Origin: Massalongia carnosa
Lineage: Eukaryota
Direction: 5' to 3'
Assembly: GCA_965645245.1 (NCBI GenBank)
Contig: OZ287075.1
Location: 1,364,001 to 1,428,000, forward strand
Length of the DNA stretch: 64,000 nt
Shown here piece by piece: positions 48,617 to 62,147 of the stretch. Position 1 is the stretch's first letter; the number at the start of each line of letters is the position of its first letter. The notes under the pieces are model-generated. The model was given only the letters and a program-made list of their open reading frames with translations. It ran no database searches and was not told the DNA's origin. The position numbers and the translations under genes were made by a program.

Positions 48617-50189
48617 ATATTGTCACCAGCCCGTACAAAGCACACCCCGAACTTCGTCATCCCTCCTTATTCGAACCCGCTTCTGAGCTTGCATATCGCT
48701 CTTGGGCCTCCTCATCTCTACGTACATCCGAACACCTATATTTAATGACGATAGACTTCCTTTCGGTTCTTCAGCAACAGCATCTGAAAAAAAGCGAGAT
48801 ATTGCCTACGGCAGGCACATGAAGGGTTTGGTTTGTTTTTTATCTCAGACACAGTATTCAAGGGCTGAATTTTGTGCTCTCTCGCTTTTGGTCTTATTTC
48901 TCTATCAGCGCGTCTCTGTTCTTACGTAAACCCATTGCCGTTTATCATCCACTATAGAACTAAAATTGCAACTGCGGTTTAAGGGATGGTTGATGAAGGA
49001 AGAAAGCAATGAGGAAACTACGGTAGTGAAGATCACATCCAGCATCGTGAGAGCTCGAATGAGAGCACATGGGGCGTCAAGCTGTAGCAGAACCATAGCT
49101 CTTTGCTGATCACCCCCCTAACCTAAATACTCTTTTAAATCACTAAGTCAAAGAGGAACAATTGTATTTTTGAAAATCGCAAACACAAGTGGGCACACGA
49201 TGCATTCGAATTTATTGCATTGCTCCCCCGTGGGCATTTCCTCTTCCTGTTTGCGTTTCCAACCGCAGGCCCATTTCCCTAGCTTACATACACCTTTCAA
49301 GCAGCTTAGCATGACTCTCCCCGCTGTCGTTCACCCAGATTTTAGGCTTGAGAAAACCGAAAACGTGCTAGTTATCCCATACATCTCTCTCTCTCCCTAC
49401 CTCTTCCGCCTCCGCTATCCTCTTGAGAGGAGATCTGCAACCGCTGTTCCGTCCAACTTAACAAACCCACCCCCCCCCCCCCCCCTCCCAAGCCACATGC
49501 CACTTCCTTTCTCTTCATCTCTCACACACCCTCTCTCCGAAGTCCTTATTGCTCACCCTTACCCCTCACCTCATCCCTATTCCCCCCCGCCTTTCCCCCG
49601 GGCGGTTCTAATCTTTTCCATCTATCACGAGCCCCCCATAATATCTGGCTTTTCCCGCGTTTCATTCTACTATGTTCCTTTCGTAACTTGGTATTTCTGC
49701 GAAATTTGTTTGTTTGTGTTTGTTTTCTGGTCTGAAGTTTGACGGGTCTGATTTGTTTGTGTGATTTCTGATACCTTGGGATAAGGGTATGATAGGATGT
49801 GTACTGCTTGGCGATGATGATGGGGGGTAGCTTTGGTGGTGATGGTTGTCTTGAGAAGGAAAGAGGGTGGAGATGTATATAGGTTAGGCAGGTGGCGGGG
49901 TTTAACGAATTTTTGATTCGAGAGGGAATAGGAAGCGAAGAGAGGTAGGGTTTGGGATTGTAAAGGGAACAGGTATGTGAGCAGGTGAGGGGGGTGAACG
50001 GATGAATTTTGTTTAGGGGGTTCTATCGAGAGAGAGGAGAGGAAGATGTTGGGATTATAAGGATTCTAAGAGAAGAGGAAGAGGAGGGAAAGAGAATTGA
50101 TCAGACTGATATGTTGTGGAGCAGGGTAGCGAGTTGCCGAGCCAATCAGGCATGCAGAGCAAGCACTTGTTCAACTGACGAGCGAGCTA

Positions 50190-51090
50190 TCAAGTTGATA
50201 GGTGGACATTTAATCCATACAAACGACGAAAGCACAACACCGATCCGTCGAAGGGGAGTAAATGCTGAGCTACAGCATCTTGGTAAGCAATTTTCGGTTT
50301 TTTTGGTTGCTGAGTTTCTCGCTCTGTTTCTTTATAAACACCTAGGTAGCTAAGAGTACAAACGGACAGAAGAAGAAAAGGATTAGCATCGCAGCTCTTC
50401 ATCCTAGCATAGCAAGCAGTTTGATTACTCTTTGAATGACGCTTCCTGCCATCTAACTTTTGAGTAAATAGCCTCATTGCTGGCATTCATTTTATTTTTA
50501 AATTAAAGAAAAAAACTTACAGAGCCTTCTTCGTTATCAGAGCAGAAAGCTTCTTGAATTGCACATAATCATTTCTGACTTCTCGCTCCAACTGTTTTAC
50601 TCTTCGCTTAAAATCGGCGATTTTTGCTTGAGTTGTGCCTTTAAATCCAACGTCATGTTGATTGTGGAAGAGTGTTGAGAAACGCTGAGAGATTGTAAGA
50701 CTGGGAACAGTCGTCATCTTACACGATTCGAGAAGTATCCTACACAAATCTGTGGCCTTAGAGGGGTCTGGTTTTCGAACATCATAACTCTTTCTGCTGG
50801 TTTGATGGCTTCCAAGTTGCGACTTTTTTGGTTGTGGTTGTGATTTATAATCCGAAGAATCTCTTCGCTTCAGAAACCCCCGATAGCAAAGGATTCAAGT
50901 GATTTAAGTTACGAGTGTCATTGAAGACGTCTTTGAAGTCCTGACATCTGCTTCATTGCGTAACCTTGGCCTCGTCTCGATGATGGTAGGTTGTTGTGCA
51001 AAGGTAGTTGTGTTGGTATTGGCGGTAGTTGTCGGCTGAAGACCAGGAAATACCTGCGGACGAGGTCGTAGCTACTTTTCCCAGCCATTG
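50190..51090 (-). pseudogene. Possible degenerate hypothetical coiled-coil gene
   Basis: Short adjacent ORFs (50517-50747, 50190-50486) with coiled-coil-like content (IADFKRRVKQLEREVRND) are interrupted by stops. No family recognised. Confidence 0.25.
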
Positions 51091-51962
51091 TTTTTATATC
51101 CTTTGTTTTGCTTTCTGTATGTCTTCAACACCAATAGTTAAGCCTAGCTTCGTAAGGGGGAACTGTTACACAAACAGTTGACAGCATAATTTTGAAATTA
51201 CTATAGAGGTGACTGCTTGTAGCAGCTTGTAGGGCTGAACTAGAGCTAATGGGGCTAAGAGATTATTCCAATGGACTGATATGTGAAAACTGCAAAGCGC
51301 TAACAGATGAATCTCGGAGCGCAAGTTAGAATACTTGAGTTAAGAGGCGAAACAGAACAAGAAAATCTGTCGTGTTCTCTCGCCCCATTTACGCCAACAA
51401 AATTTGCCTATGAGTCTTGTGTTGAATGTTGATCATAAGCTGTTCAGGCTTGTGCCCCATCCAGTTTCATCCTGCTGCCACAAAGAAGCCAACGGCATTC
51501 ATTAGACCTTTATAGAATATTGAACAGAGATTTTTCAAATTACGACATCAGCAAGAAGCAGGTGAAAAGGAGGAGAAGCAACGAAGTGAACAGCGTAGAG
51601 ATTGCAGATCCAGAAAATCCCTCCAGAGTCCAGATGCTAGATATATAAAATACAATTGAAAGCATTGTAGAATGATCAAAGGAAGAAATAGCATGTTACA
51701 ATAACAACCTAATGTGTAGTCAAAGAACACTTTGTTGATATTCAAATAGAGCATAGACTTGTCAGGTGATCTCTAACAATATTTCAGCTTACCTAATAAT
51801 AATTATGTACAGTCAGAGCCCAAAATCTGTCATATAAACCACCATTTCTAGCTATGCGGAGCATGCTCAAGGCAATGCCGCTACCCTATCATGGAGAAGC
51901 CTAAAGTCAAGAGACAATACAAACGAACCGTCCATTTTGATCCAGACCAGAGGCCCAATACC

Positions 51963-53610
51963 ATGTCGTCCTGGCTCGAGCGCCAGGTTTCCTCTCATCA
52001 CGTACAGCTTGCTGCAACGGCTGTATTTTCTGGGGTTGCTGTGGCAAGCTTGATATTTGGAACTCAGGCAATTAGGCGAAAGGCCGCGGTGGATGAATTG
52101 AAAGCATCAATTCCAGAGCTGAGCGAGAGCCATCATGCAGATCTAGTAGGCTACTGATAAATCTCTTCCATGTCTATGTAAAGAGACCGAGCGTGAGGGT
52201 GATTATTGACCATCCCAGTGAAGCTCAACAACTTTGGTGCCGCCTCCCCAAATCCAACAGTTAGCAAAGAAGACGATCGATCTGCTGCATTAGCACGACG
52301 GGCTCAACAAGGGGAATTCGATGAAGGTACGCTGTCTAGTTTTATGACATGAAAACACGACTAAATACCTCCTAGAGCTCATCCTCGAACAGCTTAGCCG
52401 TACTTCCTCTTTCCTTACACCTCCACGCCTTGCCCATCTTCGCTCCTCGTTCGTCACTATCGTCGGCCTAGGCGGCGTTGGCTCTCATTGCGCCTTAGCC
52501 CTTGCGCGTTCCGGCGTCTCGCACATCCGCCTCATCGATTTTGATCAAGTCACACTCTCATCCTTAAACAGACACGCCGTAGCTACCCTAGCAGATGTAG
52601 GGACTCCAAAAGTACGCTGCGTAAGAAAAAGGCTGGAGGCTGTAGTGCCGTGGGTGAAGTGGGAATGCTGCAATGAAGTTTGGCGAGAAGAACAAGGGGG
52701 TCGATTACTCGGAGCATGGGACGGAGGAAAAGGCAGACCTGTTGATTACGTCGTTGATGCAATTGACAATATTGACAGCAAGGTGGCGTTGTTAAAGTAC
52801 TGTCATCGAAATGGAATCAAGGTTGTAAGCTCGATGGGCGCAGGATGCAAAAGCGATCCGACAAGAGTATTTGTTGGCGATATCAGCGCCAGCACGGAGG
52901 ATCCATTGTCTAGGGTTACCAGGCGCAGGTTAAGGGCAGAAGGGATTAGCGAGGGCATATCTGTGGTCTACTCCACGGAGAAGCCAGGACCGGGTAAGGC
53001 GGAGCTTCTTCCGCTACCAGAGGAAGAGTTCCTCAAAGGACAAGCGAATGAGCTGAGCGTGCTACCGGATTTCCGGGCACGTATCCTACCGGTTTTGGGG
53101 ACTATGCCGGCCGTATTTGGATATGCGATTGCAAACTTCGTGATCCTGGAGATTACCGGTTATCCCCATGAAAGCGGGGGAGGAAAAGGGAGGGAGAAGA
53201 TGTATGACAGCATGTTGACTAACTTGCAGGCCGCAGAGGAGCGATTACTGAGGGCTCAGGGACAGGATGCATCAGGCCTGAAGATTCCGATCACGAGGGA
53301 TGATCTGGGTTATTTGGTCGAGGAGGTATATCGTGGAAAGAGTGTCATCAGCGGGCTGCCGACACGATTGGTCATGGTGCGGTGGGTCTTACCACCGGGT
53401 GGGGTTACAGTGGATGAAAGGGTCAACGGACAGAAGCGCTCAAGCTTGCGACTGAGCGATTTGGTGTGTATGACCAAAGAGGAGGCAGCGGTTCATGAAA
53501 AGGAGGTTCTGAAAGGCAGAAAGGCTCCTGAGGAGGTGTATGGCGAGAAGATTGTCGGATTGGTGCAGAAGCGGAGACAGGAGGAGAAGCAATATCGACA
53601 ATATCGATAA
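51963..53610 (+). CDS. tRNA threonylcarbamoyladenosine dehydratase (Tcd1/Tcd2, ThiF/E1-like); 2 introns
   Basis: N-terminal TM segment, then ELILEQLSR, IVGLGGVGSH, LIDFDQVTLSSLNRHA, VVDAIDNIDSKV, SSMGAGCKSDPT, EDPLSR, YSTEKP and ILPVLGTMPAVFG. Confidence 0.93.
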
Positions 53611-54434
53611 GTTTCTCAACACCAGTCAACCCCTCTATCACTGCATACTCTGAAAATGCTCTCGAAGGCCTGAAGCTTTGATTAGATATTTCGGCACAGA
53701 GTGGGAAGATCTAGGTTTTGCCATGAAGATTGAGCAGCAGTTTGTACTCACCATACCTCGAATAAAAAGCTATGATTAGACTATCATGACAAGCAACGTA
53801 TCAAACCACACTACTGTGTCACTATGCTTATGCATCGAGCAATTCCGCATCCCGTTTAACGGGGATCTGCCGATCAGCGGTTCGGCCTTCCGTTTTTCCA
53901 TTTGTCCGCCACAATCTCGATGGAGTACACGCGACATCGAACACTCTAGTCCAGCGCTAATCCCAATCCTCTTTATCTTCTCGAGTCCCTAATCTCCGCC
54001 TCCCTTCCCACAATGATTGAAGTGGCTTTCTTTGATTAGGTTGATTGGGTTGATTGGGTGGAACGGTCTTGCCCTAAAGCGGCAGAGCTAACGGCGTTAT
54101 GAACGCATAAATACTAGTACAGAGTACAAGAGTAAAAGAGTACAAAGGTACCCATTCGGCTCTTCATTTGGCCTTCCGCCCTTCCGCCTTTCCGCCCTTC
54201 CTCATCGTCTTGCTCAAACATCGAGTCCATTCGGACTTGGCAAGAAGCCAAAGCTCTCCTAGTTACGCTTCAGCCTAACGGAAAACTCAACGATGATGCC
54301 ACTTCTCAGCACCAGAAGTGTCGCATGTGGTACAGAGTAACTTGAAATGATGTACTCAGTATACTGGAAGAGCGCTACGGAGCACATATCTACCGTTCTG
54401 CCTGCCCTATCAGCACATCGTTCCCCTTCAAACA

Positions 54435-56227
54435 ATGACTGTGCCAGCGCGAACCGATCGGCTTCATCCTCATCCTTCCCCATTGCTAGAAGCTGGCTTC
54501 TCGGACAACAACTCCTTCGCAACCACGCCCCCACTCAGCGCCAATAACTCTCACATTCATCCTCACCACCACTGCGTATCGTCGTCTCATTACGATAACC
54601 AACAGGCCGCTCGACCATCGACGCACTCAGTCAAGCGTGGACCAGTCTATGACGAAGAGGAGTATTTGAATGCATATTGGGCAAGAATAAGGCAACAGAG
54701 AAGCGATCCGCTTTCATTACCATTGGTACCTTTCACCGACGAAGACTATGGAATAACGGATGAAAAAAACCATTATTACCCATCACCACACAATGCCCAC
54801 GCATATCCTTCTACGCGCCCTCGACAACCGCTGATTGATTTTGTTCGAAATGAATGGCGGAGCACCATTGGCAACCCCGGGCGGTCTCCCTCTGACGAGA
54901 GCAACCCAACTTGTGCACAAGTACTTGCAGCACCATGGTTCCGGAGATATCTGTTTCTAGCTATGCTGACTTTGAGTCTATTCTGGGTCAGTTGGGAATG
55001 GTGGGCTGGACCGCGGCGGCAAGAGTTAACTTTGATAAGCAAATCATTGAGTGAAAACGTAAAGCCCGCGCAAGGGCGATTTGGGACCAACATGCGGCCG
55101 GAATTTAGGGACATGATCCATCTAAAGACCATCGATCCCACCTTGATACCGCAGAGAGGGGACCAGACGAGGCTCATCATTGTTGGGGATGTTCATGGAT
55201 GTTATGACGAATGTATGTTTTCTCAAATGCCGCTAACTTGGCAGCTACATCGTCGATCATTAGCTGACGGAGACCCTCCATGCAGTGGTTGCGCTTCTTA
55301 CGGAGGTAGCATTCAACGTCCGGTACGACCATCTTATTCTCGCCGGGGATCTCATTTCCAAAGGCCCCTCCTCTCCGGCCGTGGTTGAGCTGGCAAGGTC
55401 AATGCGTGCCTCCTGCGTCCGTGGTAACCACGAAGACCGCGTTCTGCTCGCTCACCGGGACTTGAACACCCATGATCTTACTCTGCTCTCTTCTTTAGAC
55501 ACGAATGTAGGAGGAACTAGATCCGGACCGCCCGATCCTGGCCCTATCGATATCGGCAAGCGCCCAACACCTAGGAAGATTCTTGATGAGAAACGATTCG
55601 CGCACGGCGATGCGGTAGACCGCGAATTAGCGCGCTCACTATCCGCGAAGCAGATTGAGTATCTAGCGTCTTGCCCAGTGATCCTGAAGCTGGGGCCGAT
55701 GAAAGGTATGGGAGACGTGCAGGTCGTGCATGCGGGGCTTGTGCCAGGGATAGAGCTTGAGAGGCAGGATCCAATGGGGGTGATGCATATGCGAACCATG
55801 GATTTGGAAACGCATGTCCCGAGTAGGGGTTCGCAGGGCACGCCTTGGACCAAGGTACGTCCTGTATCTATCATTCCTGCTGGAAATATCTACATGATGA
55901 AAGCCCTGCGAGAATCTATCAGGTGTGGCTAGACGCGTCTAACGTGATTTCCCAATTGCGGAAATGTAGTTCTGGAACGAATACCAAACCCACCTTCCTC
56001 GCAAATCCCGCTCCACGGTTATCTACGGGCATGACTCGAAGCGCGGTTTGCAGCTTGCCAAGTATACCAAGGGACTCGACACTGGGTGCGTCAAGGGTGG
56101 AAGGTTGACCGCGCTCATCATCGGCCACGAAGGAGCGGAAGCCAAGGTAAGGAGCGTGAAGTGCCACGATTATCGACCCAAGGCCGTAATCCAGGCGGAG
56201 AAGATGGGAGGAATGGGACAGTCGTAG
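54435..56227 (+). CDS. Type II membrane calcineurin-like metallophosphoesterase (yeast Ppn2/YNL217W-like, ApaH-related); introns 55213-55285, 55855-55969
   Basis: TM helix (YLFLAMLTLSLFWVSWEWWA) followed by GDVHG, GDLISKG, GNHE, HAG, IYGHD and GLDTGC motifs. Confidence 0.9.
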
Positions 56228-57723
56228 AAGGGCTGGGAAAGAGAAGAAAAAATGTAGATACGGACCGAAGATCTATGAAACGGGGACTTGGCTTGTAAAT
56301 ACGAAATCGAACACTGAGGAAAGAGGCTACTGTACATACAAGTCCAAGAAAAAGCAACGGATTATGTTCATATTGGAACCTAGGGACGCGCATGCGCATA
56401 CATATGCACGTATAGCATATATGTACTAGTACCCCAGCAAAACCGGCTTTGAAGGGGGGGTTGGCTTAGGACCTGGGAGAGTGTGGAATTTGGTATCCGG
56501 AACAGAGTAAACGGAGTGTCGGAGACGTATATAACTTCTTCACCTGACCTTGGCCCGTTCGTTTCCGTCAGCGCCGTTTTCATTGCTAGGTATAACAACC
56601 TTCCTCCCTTGGTCATCGACATGGTAATTAAGGCAACAATGAACTCTTTTTTTAGCTTCGTTTATTCTTGGAGGTTGGAGTCTTGATGAGGGTGGTTATA
56701 CACTTTTTTTTCAAAGTTTCATGGGAGATGATACAGATACAATGGCTATGAAGAAATGCCGTTACTCTAGTCACAAAGTGTTGTAAGCCTGTCCCGCTTT
56801 CAATCTAAGCGTCATTTTGTTTACTTTTGATTGTCATGGTCATTCGTGATGACGATCATGCAATGATCTGATTTTGTTGAGGGTTTGGAGTGTTGATGTT
56901 TAGCTACGCCATGCAAAAATTTGTCGACTAGTCTTGTCGTGTTCTAGCGGTATGGAATTGATAGGAGTTCATTGGACGACTTCATGCCGTCCAGATTGCC
57001 TTCCTGATACTTACTGTACAGAATATGTGCATGCCTTTCCCAACCATCAATCCAACCTTTTCGGTCCTTGTATGCCTTCCACAAACGGCAAAAAGTGATC
57101 CCAGTGACTCCGTTCTTCGACCTCCCAAAACGGGGCTTCTGCTGCTAAGAGTGCCGAGAACTGATATCGTTTCGGGGAAAAGCGGAGCGAGGAGACTGAT
57201 GTCAATATATCATAACAATGTCTGTGTCTAGAGCGGGAGAGGGTGGCGAGGAAAGCGGGTGGCTACCTATCCCACGTGTTCGCTATGCAGGAGCGCAGGG
57301 AAAGCCGCAAGTTACTTTCCCCACCGAAACCAAAGCGTAATTGGCACATCGTCTTGCAGCGATGTGCATCGGAAAACTCTGATGTCGTGTGCCCTGCCAT
57401 GTTACATCGATTGTGTCTCTATCCCGTGCCATAGTTATCCTCTGGCGAAAGAAGCTTCTCATGACTTTCGGCAATTCCATGGGGGAGAGCCTTAGCAGAC
57501 GCCGGCTCTCGGGATGCTGAAGACCTCCTTCGGATGATGAATGATGATATCTATGTTTCCTGAATATAAAGTATCAACGGTTTTCTCCCTATTCTACTCA
57601 GACTCATATTGGTTCTAGACGCAGGCCCCGCAGTTTTTTTGTTTTTTTGTCGAAGCCCTGGAACATTGGAGAAGAAAGGGAAGAATATTGGATTTTTTCC
57701 GCCGTTGAAAGCAAGACTAGAAA

Positions 57724-58310
57724 ATGCATCTCTTGTCCAGTCTTACTGTTCTCCTTGCTTCTTGTGCCTTTGCGGCTTCCGCACCTGTGGACTGCGATAT
57801 CTTTGGCGCGAACTGCGCCGGAGGAGGGACTGGTATCGCCGACTTGTTCGCTCAACCAGGTTACGATGATAGCATCGATGTTGCTGTTAACGAGATCTCC
57901 ACCAACGGGTTGTCTAGCGAATCTACTGTCAGTCCCGTCGTGGGGAACAGCGACGTGTCTGGACTGGTTTCCAATGATCCGATATTCAACAACGTAGCAG
58001 AAAACTCGGATAAGGCGGACGACAAACAAACGAGTAAAAAGGCGTCATTCAATCGAGGGTACTTGACCAAATTCTGTGATGACACCACTGCGGTAAGTTT
58101 CTCCCAGTTTTTGTTCCAGTTCACACGTGTCATATGGCTAATTTCACTCAGCGGTGCCTTCCCGACCTTCAATGCGCTACTTGCTTCAAACCCAACTTGT
58201 CGAACCCGATTTACTTGTGCAACGATCCCGACGATAACCACCTCTGCGAGCAATCGAGTATGGTTACGGGTTGCTCCTGCGGGAGGATAATTCCCAAGCA
58301 TGGGTCTTAG
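57724..58310 (+). CDS. Small secreted cysteine-rich protein (175 aa, effector/toxin-like candidate); intron 58093-58151
   Basis: Signal peptide MHLLSSLTVLLASCAFA. The intron GTAAGT..GCTAAT..CAG shifts the frame to exon 2 RCLPDLQCATCFKPNLSNPIYLCNDPDDNHLCEQSSMVTGCSCGRIIPKHGS*. Confidence 0.8.
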
Positions 58311-59083
58311 GCTGTGGAGCTATCACTTGGAGCTATGTATGGGTAGGTTGTAGGTGGGTAGGAATTTTAGCACAAGTTCAAATGTTAAATACCCGCCTGG
58401 CCCGAATTATATATGGGAAAAGGATAGAATCTACCCCCCGAACTCCGACTAATTGACCCGCTTACTAAATCTGCTGGTTTTCGTCTTCTGTTGCTGCGGG
58501 TGTTATATACATACTTTCCCAGCATGACTACCTCCCCCCACCCGGTCCTTCTCCACCCGCAACACCGCACTCGAAAGGACAGCTAGATATCAAGACTACC
58601 AAAGAAGTGATTAGTTAGAATAAATAGAACCTTTCCAGAAAGAAAAGGAAAAAACTCCTGCTCAGATATCTATAGATTTCTAATATCAGCACCGAAACCA
58701 ACCGACTGATACGATTGATGCATGAATGGGACAAATTCCAGAAATCCCAGCATCTCGGTATATATGAAGCGGGATCATTTCCCTTAAAGAAAAGATAAAA
58801 CCATATAGCTGATTCCAATATGCACAGCTACGTAGCCAGGAGTTGCTTAAGTATGCTTCTCGCATTTCTCCAATTTTCCCACCCCTATCCGGCGGTTCAA
58901 ATGACTCTTTACCGCAAAGAAAAACAACAACTGAATGATATCGAAAATGAAAACATACACCTATGAACTGCCTTCAAGATACAATAACGCCAACAGCCAT
59001 TATCAAGCAATTCGTCCAACCCCCCAGATCCAAAACGAGTTCTTTTCGAAAATCCCTACTTAGACAATCACGAGCCCCTAGAC

Positions 59084-60103
59084 TTATGGGGGGTCAAAAT
59101 ATTCTCTATCAGCATGGTACAAGGAGTGTTTCCAAATTTCTTCCCTTATTATCACAATAGTACTCTCAAGAGAGTCTATGTGAGGTGACAGAAAGTCGCG
59201 TAAGCCTTGAAAGTCAACGATGTAGCGTGATAAATGGCATTTCCCAACATCATAGATGTAATTTTCGAGCGTTTTGGTGAATTGAAGTACTTTTTTGAAG
59301 ATCCTCAATCGTCAATCTGCGGTAGTAATTGTGAGAGGCGGTAGTAGACCAGTTCCACATTCTAGAGGAGCTCAAGATGTGTGACCCTAGATGACGCTTC
59401 GTCTAGTTCGGCTAAATCCTCGTTCATGCCATTGTTGTTGTTGTTACTCGCAACACAATGTCCATATTGTGCATGAATGACGGGAAGTCTGAGGAAGAGC
59501 GCGGGATAGCAAGGGTTCAATACATTATATCTGTTGCGGTTTGTACGCATGAGTTCTGTGAGAAACTCAAAAGATGGACGAGTGCCCAAGATTGGGCATT
59601 GATAAGGGTATGTCGAATCATCGGCTTCAAGTACTCAACTTCATGCAGTAGCATCGAATCCAGTTTTTGCAGTTTGAACATGGCAGGAAACAACAAATGG
59701 AGGGTTGCATTTCCATGGTTTGTCCAGCTAACGTGTAATAGCCACATTTCCTTTTTTTATGAAGGATCATCGAACTCGCAAATAGCGGTCTTAAACACCT
59801 CATCTACCTTAACATCTTCCGGCTTCTCATCCTCTTCTACCATCCCCAGAGATCTATCGCCATTACCCATGGCATCTCGAAATGTAAAATAGCAAAGCAA
59901 ATGAGTTAAGATTGATCTTTCAATGAGCAAAGCGGCCAACTGTCGTAGATGTGATGCCGGTGATCGACGATCCCTTGCCGACCGTACACATGAACATGTC
60001 GATAAAGATATAAGGCGGAGCAGAGTGAGAGATCGCAAAGCGTTGACTCAAGGTCTATGTAGGAAATGATAGAACCAATGATTTCTAGAGGAACAAAAAC
60101 CAT
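59084..60103 (-). pseudogene. F-box (F-box/LRR-like) protein pseudogene
   Basis: F-box-like start MVFVPLEIIGSIISYIDLESTLCDLSLCS. Downstream fragments in changing frames (LLFPAMFKLQKLD, LFLRLP, SSRVTHLEL, LSPHIDSLES) are separated by stops and frameshifts. Confidence 0.6.
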
Positions 60104-60748
60104 TCTTTTTCTAGTCCTGCAATCCAATAGCAGTTAAGCAATGTAAAGTAAGATATAACAAAATAGGCGCGACAATTAATTCCGCTGAAAAAGACCGAGA
60201 AGCTTTGCAAGAATGACTTCGACCAAAGAAACAACTTAGGTACATGTATATTATCATAACAATCACAGTCTATCCAGTCTCTCGGATTTCCATTTCGAAA
60301 GAATAATAGACCAGCCTTCCTCTTAATCTCCTGATATTTGTTACTGGACGAAAGGATCTTAAGATATCTTGTAGTGGTTTTCTTGTAAAAGACAGTGAAT
60401 TAGAGTCTCTCCGACTCTTACTAACCAAATTTGGGTTTCACATTTATCCATTAAACGGGAAATCAATTCTGAGCAAGTGAGCATATATCAAGGTGCAAGA
60501 TCGGCACTAACCTAGCTTTCGTGATAGCTTCACTTTGATAAGGGTTTTTGCCCCCGGGCTCCTGTTTCTAGAGCCTAGTTTATTTCACGGGTCAGCAGAA
60601 GAAGAAGACTAATATACAGAACGATCTTCTTCCATGACATTGGGACAAGTATTCTAGAGGAGTTTGAATTTATAAATTATACTCGGGCTAATAGCGTTAA
60701 AGTCACTTCCCGGATCCCGGCTGGCGAAACAGCTGCTCGACGCCATGG

Positions 60749-62147
60749 CTATAGCAATAGCACCTTGCTACCATTCCCTGACGCCTTTGTTCGGTAAAGT
60801 GTATAGGGCTTGACTCTCCTATCCGTTCCCGGCAAACGGTTTGGCGTGCGCCAAAGCTAGTTCTCCGTGAAATATAGATCCGTTGCTACAAATATCGAAT
60901 CCGTCCATCCAATGATCGTCAAACCATTCGATGGGTCGAAGATGTTGATTGCGTTCTGTTCTACGTTACCAGTGTAGATAAGATTGTTGGAGTCGGATTC
61001 GATGCCGTCCGAAATTCCTACTTGGCCACGGGACGAGATAGATACTTGGGCTTGTATTTCCGAGGTTAGAGAATTCTCGCGTAAACGCGCGGTGGGGATG
61101 CTATAGAGATACCGGGAGCCGACAGTGGTCCAGAAGAGCGTTTCCCCATCGGCTAAAAGTGTGATGCCGTCGATGCCACTGGAGCTGTAGGTGATGCGCT
61201 TGAAGGGCGGGCCCTAGCTATCAATGGAATAGGTGGCTTCGCCCCATACGAAAGGTACAAATTGGAACTCGGCCCGCACTTGTGGGGCGTTATCGAGATG
61301 GCGCCAGGATTCACCGGTGCCAAAGTCGACTATCACAATGCCACTGCGTCCTTCATCGCTCGAATCGGTGATGTAGGCAACACCTTTGCCAGAGGCTGTA
61401 ATGTCAGGCCGAAGGTCAAAGCGAACATCATTAAAATACTTGTGCCAATCAGATCATAGCTTGTCAGATGTTGTAGAAAACGAAAAGGATTGCTTACGGA
61501 GTCCGAATACGCGACAGTGGTGGGAAACAAAATTGTTGAAAATATTGAATTATCGGTAAGATCAATGCCGACGAGTTTCATGCCACCATAAACAGCTGGC
61601 ACCAGAGTTCCGTTAGGCGCTAATGCCTGTCATGTATCATGAACCCATAACCGGTCCGCGGGATCGATGACAATGGACTGCACTCCAATGAAATGATTTT
61701 TATAATTTGCTCCACCTAGATATTAAGTGCACTCTGAATCAGCCTATACCAAGTTGAACAACACTTTTATAAAGCAGAACATACTCGAAGGGTTGGTCGC
61801 ATGATTGATCGCCCCACCAGGTGGAGAGTTGATCTCAATGCTCGGATACGGTGTTTTGGTATCATTCGAGATGAGCTCAGCTACACTATATTTCGAATTG
61901 TTTGGATCTAAACCGAGCGGATAGTTACTGAGTTACCTCCCCTTGGCGGACATGGCAATACCTGTACAGGGTTAGCTAATCAGGTGCTAATTGTAAAGCA
62001 CGGGTAACATACTGGTCGAAAACTGGGCTTTGTGAATATGAATTAACTCATAGGAGGGCCATAAACACCTGGGTCTGAGCCCACTCGTAGGGTTGAGACA
62101 GCAAGTGCTAAGCCGAGTAGGTTCAAGATGTGACCGCCTAACATCAT
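60749..62147 (-). pseudogene. Major royal jelly protein / Yellow-family (six-bladed beta-propeller) secreted protein pseudogene
   Basis: Signal peptide plus SDPGVYGPP, NYPLGLDP, PYPSIEINSPPGG, IGVQSIVIDPADRLWVHDT, KLVGIDL, NDVRFDLRP, AYITDSS, GESWRHL, GIDGITL and GISDGIESD. Stops at ~61933, 61630-61632, 61214-61216 and 60857-60859, and a frameshift near 62053. Confidence 0.88.

Noticed and set aside
49170..49742. 190-aa Pro-rich ORF
   Set aside because: Arises from a C/T-rich low-complexity tract that lacks stop codons by composition.
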